A stretch of 27,383 nt of DNA, taken from positions 1 through 27,383 of the IMG/VR virus record IMGVR_UViG_3300021066_000027; one strand, 5' to 3'. The stretch is from a virus. Its lineage: Duplodnaviria; Caudoviricetes. The notes beneath the pieces were generated by a model. It did not search any database, was not told where the DNA came from, and saw only the letters and a list, made by a program, of their open reading frames with translations. Numbering within the stretch: position 1 is the stretch's first letter; the number at the start of each line of letters is the position of its first letter. This document shows, in pieces, positions 1 through 7,586 of the stretch. The position numbers and the translations under genes are program-made.

Positions 1-588
1 GTCAAAAGTTCCTCTCCCCGCCGCTCTGAAGTCGCGACGTGTTCCCGGTGTGGTATGGAGCGACCGTTGTTTGAGTTCGCGCGTGACAAGTCGAAGGTCA
101 GCGGCCGGAAGAGCATCTGCCGAGAGTGCGATAACGCGAAGTCGCGGCGCTATTACGAGAGCAATCGCGACGTCGTCTTGGTGCGCGTCAAGACCCGTCA
201 GGCCGCCCAGCGGGTAAGGCGGCTGTGCAAGTCGTGCGGGAACCCGGCGACGTCGAACCGCCATCATTACTGCGATCGGTGTCGGCAGGTGTTGTGGGCC
301 AAGCGCGCGGAGCAGAAGCGTGCGAGCGATCGCCGTCGCGGTCTTGCTCGAGCGTCGACCACGCAGCGCGGTTACGGAGGGAAGCATCAGGGCCTTCGCC
401 GGGCTATCGCGGAGGTCGTCGACTCTGGTGCTGCGGTTTGCGCGCGGTGCGGAGGGCCTATTGCGGCGGGCGAGCCGTGGGATCTTGGTCATGATGATTT
501 CGACCGGTCGCGGTATGCGGGGCCGGAGCATCGGCGTTGTAATCGGGCTACGGCGGGGCGGCGTCAGCGGACGTCGCGGGTCTGGTGA
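1..588 (+). CDS. Packaging-associated HNH-type endonuclease with extra Zn-binding motifs; probably 5'-truncated by the window
   Basis: C-terminal CARC...WDLGHDD...[11 protein letters not shown]-like motif; further CxxC pairs (CRECD, CKSC, YCDRC). The frame is open from base 1 and adds CSRCG just before Met at 55, completing a Zn ribbon. Stop overlaps the terS start (GTGA). Confidence 0.8.
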   Translation, partial: VKSSSPRRSEVATCSRCGMERPLFEFARDKSKVSGRKSICRECDNAKSRRYYESNRDVVLVRVKTRQAAQRVRRLCKSCGNPATSNRHHYCDRCRQVLWAKRAEQKRASDRRRGLARASTTQRGYGGKHQGLRRAIAEVVDSGAAVCARCGGPIAAGEPWDLGHDDFDRSRYAGPEHRRCNRATAGRRQRTSRVW

Positions 589-863
589 GTGTTCGTCGGC
601 CGGTATCCGCGGCGGTTCGCCGCGATCTGAAAGCGATCGCGGCGATTGACCCGGAGTTGGCTCGTTCGGGGCTTGCGGCGTCGGCGTTGGCGCTGGCCGG
701 CGAGTTGGATTCGCCTGGGAACAGCGCGACGTCAAAGGCGATGTGTGCGCGGGCGTTGCGCGAGGCGATGGATCGGTTGCGTGAGTTGATGCCCCCGGCT
801 GAGGAGAGGGATCGTCTTGATGACCTCAGTGCCCGGCGAGCGTCTAGGCGTTCAGCGTCCTAG
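585..863 (+). CDS. terS: Terminase small subunit (helical actinophage type)
   Basis: 92 aa, directly upstream of and overlapping terL; 'ALALAGELD' and '[11 protein letters not shown]' are typical of actinophage TerS. Confidence 0.7.
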   Translation: MSVRRPVSAAVRRDLKAIAAIDPELARSGLAASALALAGELDSPGNSATSKAMCARALREAMDRLRELMPPAEERDRLDDLSARRASRRSAS

Positions 864-2274
864 GGTCTGTGAGGTTCCCCGAGCGGCGTCTTCGGCGGCC
901 GCCGAAGCGATTGACCTGGCACGGATCGCCGGGCTTGATTTGGACCCGTGGCAGCAGTTCGTTCTTGAGGGCGCGTTGGGCGAGCGGCCGGACGGTAAGT
1001 GGGCGGCGTTTGAGGTCGGTCTAGTCGTTTCGCGTCAGAACGGGAAGGGCGCGATCCTCGAGGCGCGCGAGCTCGCTGGCTTGTTCTTGCTCGGCGAGCG
1101 GCTGATCATCCATTCGGCGCATCAGTTCGACACGTCGCTTGAAGCGTTCCGTCGGCTGCTGGGGCTGATCGAGGACAACACTGAGTTCTCCAAGCGGGTG
1201 CGGAAGGTGTCGCGCTCTCACGGCGAGGAGGGCATCGAGTTGAAGTCAGGTCAGCGCATCCGTTTTCGCACGCGAACGAAGGGCGGCGGTCGCGGCTTCT
1301 CTGGTGATTGCCTGATCCTTGACGAGGCGATGGACTTGCCGGAGACGGCGCATGGCGCGTTGCTGCCGACGCTGTCGGCCCGGCCGAATCCGCAGGTCTG
1401 GTACACCGGGTCAGCCGTAGATCAGGAAGTTCATGATCACGGGCGGGTGTTGGCGCGGGTTCGTGAGCGCGGTCTGTCGGGTGATGAGCCGGGGCTGGCG
1501 TACTTTGAGTGGTCTGCGGACGCTGATCTGCGCGACATGGACGGCGTGGCGACGGACCCGGACGCGTGGGCGCAGGCAAATCCGGGCCTCGGAATCCGTA
1601 TTTCGCTTGGGCACATCGAGCTTGAGCAGCGGTCGATGGACCCGCGAACGTTCGCGGTTGAGCGGCTAGGTATCGGTGATTGGCCGTCGTTGGATGTTCT
1701 TGAGGGCCAGGCGATCGACCGGCAGATGTGGGCGTCGCGAGCGGATGCGGGCTCGTCGATGACTGGCCCGGTGGTGTTCTCGTTCGATGTTCGCCCGGAT
1801 CGCTCGTCGTCGTCGATCTGTGCGGCCGGCGAAAGGCCGGATGGCCTGTGGCACGTCGAAGTGGTCGAGCACCGGCCCGGGACTGGCTGGGTGCCCGAGC
1901 GGCTTGAGCAGCTGGTCGAACGGCACCAAACGCTGGCGTTGGTGTGCGATCAAGCAAGTCCTGCCGCGTCGCTGCTTCCCCGGCTCAAAGACGCCGAAGT
2001 GCCCGTGGTCACGTTGAACGCCAAGGAGTACGCGCAGGCGTGCGGGGCGTTTTTCGACGCCGTCGAGCAAGGAGAGGTCCGGCATCTCGACCAGCCGGCG
2101 TTGCGAACGGCCACGAGCGGGGCGGTCAGGCGCCCGTTGGGCGATGCGTGGGCGTGGTCACGTAAGGGGTCGAACGTCGATATTTCGCCGTTGGTCGCTG
2201 CGACGCTGGCGCTGTGGAAGGCGATGGCCGAAAGCGAAAGCGTCTACGAGGACCGGGACCTGTTGATCTTGTGA
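820..2274 (+). CDS. terL: Terminase large subunit
   Basis: Walker A VSRQNGKG, Walker B LILDEA, 'ANPGLG', nuclease-domain 'SFDV' and 'DISPLVA'; GAGGAG RBS at 801-806; ATG at 820 (TTG 817 alternative). Confidence 0.95.
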   Translation: MTSVPGERLGVQRPRVCEVPRAASSAAAEAIDLARIAGLDLDPWQQFVLEGALGERPDGKWAAFEVGLVVSRQNGKGAILEARELAGLFLLGERLIIHSAHQFDTSLEAFRRLLGLIEDNTEFSKRVRKVSRSHGEEGIELKSGQRIRFRTRTKGGGRGFSGDCLILDEAMDLPETAHGALLPTLSARPNPQVWYTGSAVDQEVHDHGRVLARVRERGLSGDEPGLAYFEWSADADLRDMDGVATDPDAWAQANPGLGIRISLGHIELEQRSMDPRTFAVERLGIGDWPSLDVLEGQAIDRQMWASRADAGSSMTGPVVFSFDVRPDRSSSSICAAGERPDGLWHVEVVEHRPGTGWVPERLEQLVERHQTLALVCDQASPAASLLPRLKDAEVPVVTLNAKEYAQACGAFFDAVEQGEVRHLDQPALRTATSGAVRRPLGDAWAWSRKGSNVDISPLVAATLALWKAMAESESVYEDRDLLIL

Positions 2275-2444
2275 TCGTTCTTGACGTGGTGCTGATCGGC
2301 TGCCTGGTGTTGGTGGCGGTGGGCGCCGGATTGATCTTCATGCCGGCCGGTCTGATTGTGGGCGGGCTGCTTGGGGCCGCGACGGTCCTGTTCTACGTGA
2401 GAGGACTTGACCTTGATCGCACGCCGGATCGCCCTGGGGCTTGA
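2271..2444 (+). CDS. Small two-helix membrane protein between terL and portal
   Basis: GTG overlaps terL stop (GTGA); 57 aa hydrophobic (MIVLDVVLIGCLVLVAVGAGLIFMPAGLIVGG...); common at this position in HK97-like phages. Confidence 0.7.
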   Translation: MIVLDVVLIGCLVLVAVGAGLIFMPAGLIVGGLLGAATVLFYVRGLDLDRTPDRPGA

Positions 2445-3624
2445 AAGCCGCGACACGACGTTCGGGTCGCCTGAGCAGTGGTTGATCGACGCGCTCGGTG
2501 GCGGCCGGACCGCTGCCGGCGTGCAGGTCAGTCACGTCAAGGCGCTGCGGTTGATCCCGGTGTTCAGCGCTATCCGGATCATCGCGTCCGGCGTGGGGTC
2601 GTTGTCGATCGACGTGTTCCGTGGTACGGGCCGTGACCGGCGGGAGGCCCCAGAGTCGTGGCAGTCGCGGCTGCTGCGCGAGACACCAAACCCTGAGCAG
2701 CCTGATGACGTTTTCCGCGAACTGTTGTGCGCGCACGTCGCTGGTTGGGGCAACGCGTACGCCGAGAAGGTCAAAGCCCGCGTGAACGGGCTGGATGTGG
2801 TCGGCGAGTTGTGGCCGATCTATCCGGGCAGCGTTCGTGTGGACCGTGACCGCCAGGGCCGCAAGGTGTTCGAGATCGAGGGCCAGTCGCGGTCGTTTAC
2901 GCAGGACACGATCTTGCATGTGCCGGGGTTCGGTTACGACGGCTTGCAGGGCTTGTCGCCGATCCAGCAGGCCAAGGAAAGCATGGGTGTTGCGCTGGCC
3001 CGCGAGCAGTGGCAGGGCAGCTTCTATCAGCACGGGGCGCAGCCGTCGGGGATCTTGAGTTTCGACAAGGCGTTGTCGGAGAACGCGGCGGCCCGGTTGA
3101 AGGCCCGGTGGGATCAGCGGGCTAACGGTGAGGTCGCGGTCCTCGAGGAGGGCGCGAAGTATCAGCCGACATCGATCCCGCCGCGGGACGCCCAGTTCAT
3201 TGAGACGATGCAGTGGGACGCCACCCAGGTCGCCGCGCTGTTTCGGGTGCCGCCGCACTGGATCGGCGGCACCACCGGAGACAGCCTGACGTACTCCACG
3301 GTGGAGGGCGAGGCGCTTCACTGGGTGAAGTTCAACCTGCGGCCGTGGCTGGTCCGGTTCGAGAAGGCGCTCAAGCACGACCGTGACCTGTTCCCCGACG
3401 GGCCGGACCGGGACTTGTGGCCCCGGTTCAACGTCGAGTCGCTGCTGCGCGGTGACACGGCGGCACGCGCCGCGTTCTACACGGCGATGCGTGGCATCGG
3501 CGCGTTGAGCATCAACGACATTCGCGACGAGGAGAACCGTCCCCCTGTGCCGGGCGGTGACAGCTACCAGCAGACCCCGGCGGGCGCCGCGCCTGCCGCT
3601 GACACCGGCGAGGAACCCGCGTGA
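2407..3624 (+). CDS. Portal protein, HK97 family
   Basis: Motifs 'GNAYAE', 'ILHVPG...GLSPI', 'VLEEGAKYQP', 'DAQFIE', 'FRVPPHWIG', 'LLRGD', 'SINDIR..EN.PP..GGD'. Confidence 0.95.
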   Translation: MTLIARRIALGLESRDTTFGSPEQWLIDALGGGRTAAGVQVSHVKALRLIPVFSAIRIIASGVGSLSIDVFRGTGRDRREAPESWQSRLLRETPNPEQPDDVFRELLCAHVAGWGNAYAEKVKARVNGLDVVGELWPIYPGSVRVDRDRQGRKVFEIEGQSRSFTQDTILHVPGFGYDGLQGLSPIQQAKESMGVALAREQWQGSFYQHGAQPSGILSFDKALSENAAARLKARWDQRANGEVAVLEEGAKYQPTSIPPRDAQFIETMQWDATQVAALFRVPPHWIGGTTGDSLTYSTVEGEALHWVKFNLRPWLVRFEKALKHDRDLFPDGPDRDLWPRFNVESLLRGDTAARAAFYTAMRGIGALSINDIRDEENRPPVPGGDSYQQTPAGAAPAADTGEEPA

Positions 3625-4478
3625 CCGTCATCGAACCCTTCAAGGATGTGCCTGAGCGCCGGAACGTCACCGCCCCCATCGAGGGGATCGAGTGGCGCGA
3701 CGACGGCGACAAGCTGATCTTCGTCGGGCACGCTGCCGTGTTCGACCGGATGAGCGAAGACCTCGGCGGGTTCCGCGAGCGGTTCAAGCGCGGCGCATTC
3801 CGCAAGGTCCTTGACCGCGACCCCGACGTGCGGTTCCTCGTCAACCATGACGGGCTGCCGCTGGCTCGCACGAAGAACCGCACGCTCGAGTTGCGCGAGG
3901 ACCCCAAGGGGCTGCGCGTGTACGCCGAGCTCGCACCCACGCAGGCCGCTCGTGATCTGCGGGTGCTGGTGCAGCGCGGCGACGTCGACCAGATGAGCTT
4001 CGGGTTTTCCATGTTCGACGACGCCGGCGAACGGGCCGGCAACGACGTGTGGGAAGAAGAGGACGGCGGCGTCGTCCGCACCGTCCTGTCGGTCGGCGGC
4101 TTGTTCGACGTGAGCGTCGTGACGTTCCCGGCGTACACGCAGACCGACGCGTCGATGCGGATGCACGGCATCGACGTCATCAATGCTTCAGGCGAGATCA
4201 ATGAGCGGTCGCTCACCGACCTCGCCTGGAAGATCCACGCTGGCGAACTTGACGCCAGCGTGGAGGAGCGCGCCGCGATCGACGCGGTGTTCGCTCGTAC
4301 CGACCATGTGTCGCCGTGGGTGATGCAGCGAGCGCTCGGGGCCGCGGCCCAGGAGCCCGAGTTGCGGGGCATCATCCCGGGCCGACTGGTGACCGTGTCG
4401 GTCCAGGACGACCCCTCGGGCCAGCCCGTGAAGCATCGGCTGGCAGCTAGGCAGCGTCGCCTTCGCCTTGCCGCCTAA
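3621..4478 (+). CDS. Prohead maturation protease, HK97 family, with about 100-aa C-terminal extension
   Basis: 'GHAAVF', 'FRERFKRGAF', 'LVNHD', 'L.ED.KGL', 'MSFGF', 'LFDVSVVTFPAY'; located between portal and capsid. Confidence 0.93.
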   Translation: MTVIEPFKDVPERRNVTAPIEGIEWRDDGDKLIFVGHAAVFDRMSEDLGGFRERFKRGAFRKVLDRDPDVRFLVNHDGLPLARTKNRTLELREDPKGLRVYAELAPTQAARDLRVLVQRGDVDQMSFGFSMFDDAGERAGNDVWEEEDGGVVRTVLSVGGLFDVSVVTFPAYTQTDASMRMHGIDVINASGEINERSLTDLAWKIHAGELDASVEERAAIDAVFARTDHVSPWVMQRALGAAAQEPELRGIIPGRLVTVSVQDDPSGQPVKHRLAARQRRLRLAA

Positions 4479-4487
4479 CGGCGGCAA
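4468..4487 (+). other. Perfect 8-bp hairpin with the protease stop codon in the loop
   Basis: TTGCCGCC-TAAC-GGCGGCAA. Confidence 0.5.
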
Positions 4488-4521
4488 CCCATCGCCCACC
4501 TGACAAGGAACGGAGGTCCCC

Positions 4522-5793
4522 ATGAGGGATCAAATCAACGCGCTCAAGCAGAAGCGCGCTGGCCTCTTGCAGGAGATGCGCGACCTGACGCTCAAGGCTG
4601 AGTCGGAGGATCGCGACCTCACTGCTGAGGAGGCCCAGGAGTTCGACCGCAAGGAGCAGGAGGCCGACCAGCTCGAGAAGCGCGCTGCGCGACTTGAGGC
4701 GATGGCCGGCATCGAGCCCGACGACAAGCTCAAGCGCCAGATCGTCAACGCCGGTCCCGCCGACGGCGATGACGGCGACGAGAAGCGCGGCGTGCAGTCG
4801 TGGGCTGAGTACGCCCAACTGCGCGACGAGCGGTCGATGCCGCAGAACGACCCTGAGTACCGCGAGAAGCTGTACCGGTGGCTTCAGTACGGCACCGAGT
4901 TCGAGCCCGGGACGGAGCTTCGCGCTCTGTCGAAGGCAACGGCGGCGGCCGGCGCGAACCTTGTGCCGACCGACTTCGAGGCTCGGATGATCGAGCGGAT
5001 CGTCGACTTCGGCGTCATGCGTCAGCTGGCGACGATCATCCGCACCGACTCCGGGGCGGGCATGACGATCCCGACGGAGACCAGCCACGGGGTCGCCGCG
5101 TGGACCGCTGAGAACGTTGCGTTCAACGAGTCCGACGACGCGTTCGGCCAGACGACTCTCGCGGCGCACAAGGCCACCAGGCTGGTGCGCGTGTCCGAGG
5201 AACTGCTGACCGACGCTGCGTTCGACGTCGAGGACTACCTCAACCGGTCGTTTGCCCGGTCGTTCGGCATCCTCGAGAACACCGCGTACGTCGTCGGTGA
5301 CGGCACGAGCAAGCCGCGTGGCATCACCCTCGACGCGACCGCCGGCAAGACCGGCGCGACCGGCCAGACCACGTCGGTCACCGCCGATGACCTGGTGGAC
5401 CTGTTTCACTCGGTGCTGCCGGCGTTCCGGCGCAACGGCGCGTGGCTGATGAACGACCTGGCGATCCGCAACATCCGCAAGCTGCGGACCGGGGTCAGTG
5501 GCGACCAGACGTACCTGTGGCAGCCGGGCCTCCAGGCCGGCCAGCCGGACACCCTGCTCGGGCGGCCGGTGTACGCCGACCCGGACATGCCGGTCATGGC
5601 CGCGAACGCCAAGAGCATCCTGTTCGGCGACTTCTCCGCCTACTGGATCAGGGAGGTTCGCGGCGTCGCGTTCCAGCGGCTCAACGAGCTGTACAGCGCC
5701 AACGGCCAGATCGGGTTCCGCGGGTTCATTCGCCGCGACGGCCGGCTCATCGACACGAACGCCGTCAAGGCGTACGTCAACTCCGCGACCTAG
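4522..5793 (+). CDS. Major capsid protein, HK97 fold with N-terminal coiled-coil delta domain
   Basis: RBS GGAGG; 'LVPTDF', 'AWTAE', 'VSEELLTD', 'GDGTSKPRGI', 'WLMN', 'YLWQP', 'TLLGRPV', 'ILFGDFS', 'R.DG'. Confidence 0.96.
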   Translation: MRDQINALKQKRAGLLQEMRDLTLKAESEDRDLTAEEAQEFDRKEQEADQLEKRAARLEAMAGIEPDDKLKRQIVNAGPADGDDGDEKRGVQSWAEYAQLRDERSMPQNDPEYREKLYRWLQYGTEFEPGTELRALSKATAAAGANLVPTDFEARMIERIVDFGVMRQLATIIRTDSGAGMTIPTETSHGVAAWTAENVAFNESDDAFGQTTLAAHKATRLVRVSEELLTDAAFDVEDYLNRSFARSFGILENTAYVVGDGTSKPRGITLDATAGKTGATGQTTSVTADDLVDLFHSVLPAFRRNGAWLMNDLAIRNIRKLRTGVSGDQTYLWQPGLQAGQPDTLLGRPVYADPDMPVMAANAKSILFGDFSAYWIREVRGVAFQRLNELYSANGQIGFRGFIRRDGRLIDTNAVKAYVNSAT

Positions 5794-5804
5794 GGAGCAC
5801 GAAG

Positions 5805-6188
5805 ATGGCTGACAAGAACAACGAGTCGCGCCAGACCGTCGAGGGTCTGGACGGCAGCGAGCCGCTGGACGAGACGGTCGGGTCCGGGCTCAAGCACCCC
5901 GACGAGGGCAGCCTCAACCATGAGGACGCTGTCGCGGACGGCACCACCGGGCGGCACCATCCGCCGTTTCGGTCCACTCGCCCCGACGAGCCGGTTCTCG
6001 GTTCGCTGGCGGTCGGTGCCGGCCAGCACTACCCGACCTCGGTCACCAGCGACGAGCACGACACGGTGACCGGCCGGTTCATCCAGGACGAGCCGCCGAA
6101 GGCGGCGCTGCAGGACGAGAAGGTCACCCGTCAGCAGCAGCGCGAGGCCGACGAGGCCAAGCGCGCCGCCGAGGGCGACAACAAGTAG
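5805..6188 (+). CDS. Acidic, probably disordered hypothetical protein (127 aa), possible head accessory
   Basis: GGGAG RBS right after the capsid stop; ATG 5805 lies within ORF 5442..6188; phage-like GC3 codon usage. Confidence 0.7.
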   Translation: MADKNNESRQTVEGLDGSEPLDETVGSGLKHPDEGSLNHEDAVADGTTGRHHPPFRSTRPDEPVLGSLAVGAGQHYPTSVTSDEHDTVTGRFIQDEPPKAALQDEKVTRQQQREADEAKRAAEGDNK

Positions 6189-6192
6189 CCCC

Positions 6193-6247
6193 TGTCGGGG
6201 TATCGCGGGCCGGACGCCACCCCCTGCGCGTCCGGCCCGCCCCGACA
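6193..6247 (+). terminator. Long GC-rich stem-loop (terminator or mRNA stabiliser, no U tract)
   Basis: Perfect 13-bp stem GCGGGCCGGACGC (6205-6217)/GCGTCCGGCCCGC (6228-6240), extended by TGTCGGG/CCCGACA. Confidence 0.6.
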
Positions 6248-6272
6248 AAGCGCACGGAAAGGGACCACGCCC

Positions 6273-6455
6273 GTGAAGATCAAGATGCTCACGTCGATCG
6301 CCGGCGACGACCTCAACTTCGAGGAAGGCCGCGAGTACGACGTTCCCGCCAAGATCGGCCGACTGCTCTGCACTGCCGAAGGCGACGGGACACCGCGCGC
6401 CATGCCGGTCGCTGAGAAGCCCGCGGAACGTCGAGAGACGCGCCAGCCCGCCTAA
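6273..6455 (+). CDS. Small head-region hypothetical protein (60 aa)
   Basis: GAAAGGGA RBS; 'MKIKMLTSIAG...EGREYDV' resembles small post-capsid proteins of HK97-like phages. Confidence 0.7.
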   Translation: MKIKMLTSIAGDDLNFEEGREYDVPAKIGRLLCTAEGDGTPRAMPVAEKPAERRETRQPA

Positions 6456-6489
6456 CTGGGCCACAACCCAAGAGGAGCGCCGCCACTTT

Positions 6490-7101
6490 ATGCCTTACAC
6501 CGCTTCGGGCGTATACCTGCCGCCCGTCTCAGTCCCGCGGCCCCTCGGCTGCCAAGGCCGCACCCGCCGCACCCGCCGCGACCTACACCTGTACCGCGGC
6601 ATCGGCGCCATCATCGACCCGGACGGCACCGTCGCCTGGCAGGACCCCGACTGGGTCGACAACGTCCTCGCCGACGAAGGCGAGCTCGACATGCTCGACG
6701 TGTACCTGCGCGCGCAGGCCAACCCGTCGAAGTTCCTCGCGCTCATCAACGGCTCGACCACCGCCCCCGGCGAGACGAGCACCATGGCCTACCTCGGCGG
6801 TGCGGCCGGTTCCGGTGAAACCCAGGTGCCGGGTGCCAACGGCTACAACCGCCAGCAGATCCTCACCACCGACTGGTCGGCGCCCGCCCTGTCCGGCGGC
6901 GACTACCAGTCCTCGGCGGCTGAGAAAACGTTTGGCGCGGCCACGGCGGCGTGGACGATCACGCACACCGCGCTGGTCACCGCGGCCACCGGCCAGACCG
7001 CCGGCTCCGGTCGTTTCCTGGCGTTTCTGGCGCTGTCGGCAACGACGTCCATCGCCATCAATCAGAGCTTCAAGTATGTGTTGAGGTGGACCCTCAGCTG
7101 A
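6490..7101 (+). CDS. Virion structural protein (head-fibre base/decoration-like)
   Basis: GAGGAG RBS; 'GYNRQQI...W...KTFGAATAAWTITHTALVTAATG' pattern recalled from post-capsid virion proteins of actinophages. Confidence 0.6.
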   Translation: MPYTASGVYLPPVSVPRPLGCQGRTRRTRRDLHLYRGIGAIIDPDGTVAWQDPDWVDNVLADEGELDMLDVYLRAQANPSKFLALINGSTTAPGETSTMAYLGGAAGSGETQVPGANGYNRQQILTTDWSAPALSGGDYQSSAAEKTFGAATAAWTITHTALVTAATGQTAGSGRFLAFLALSATTSIAINQSFKYVLRWTLS

Positions 7102-7115
7102 TTTGAAGGTTTGAT

Positions 7116-7242
7116 TACCTCGCCGTCGACTACTGCCACTCCAGGGCGGTGAGGGGCCACGCCTTGTTCTCACAGCAACAAGCCTGACTGGATCGAGCGG
7201 GCTGCCGCTTACCTCAACGCCGCCAAGGAGAAGACCCCGTGA
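7116..7242 (+). pseudogene. Decayed Endonuclease VII-family (homing) endonuclease remnant
   Basis: Frame A: YLAVDYCHSRAVRG (7116-7157); frame B: CSHSNKPDWIERAAAYLNAAKEKTP* (7165-7242). Matches the EndoVII pattern LxVDHCH..G.VRGLLC..CN...D.P..L.RA..YL with substitutions, a frameshift and deletions. Confidence 0.7.
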
Positions 7243-7568
7243 GCCTCGTTCGCTATCCCCACCTGCCTGCTGAGAACGTCGATCGCCAGGGCCAGGCGTG
7301 GCTGTTCTGTGATGTTGGTTCGTGCGACGCGCAGGTCGAGGTCACCGGCCTGGAAGAGGCCACCGTCGGCGGCCACACCTACCGGTACGCGCAGATGCCC
7401 GACGGCTGGGTGACCAACGACCCGGAGGACAACGCGCTGCACGGGGCGGCGCAGTTCTGCCCGACTCATGCGAACCGGATCGTCAAGCCCGACCCGGATG
7501 CGCCGGATGCTCCCGTAGTCACGGAGCCTGCTCCGGAGCCGCAGCCGGAGCCCGGCCCCGCGCAGTAG
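7239..7568 (+). CDS. Hypothetical protein with possible Zn site (CDVGSC...CPTH) and Pro-rich tail
   Basis: AAGGAG RBS; 109 aa; C-terminal PEP/PDAP repeats. Confidence 0.7.
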   Translation: MSLVRYPHLPAENVDRQGQAWLFCDVGSCDAQVEVTGLEEATVGGHTYRYAQMPDGWVTNDPEDNALHGAAQFCPTHANRIVKPDPDAPDAPVVTEPAPEPQPEPGPAQ

Positions 7569-7586
7569 TAGCGGGCTGGTCCCGCC

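Noticed and set aside
5442-5804. ORF-track extension of the post-capsid gene overlapping the capsid in the -1 frame (possible capsid frameshift fusion)
   Set aside because: No slippery site near the capsid end; the downstream gene has its own RBS and ATG at 5805; open alternative frames are common at this GC content
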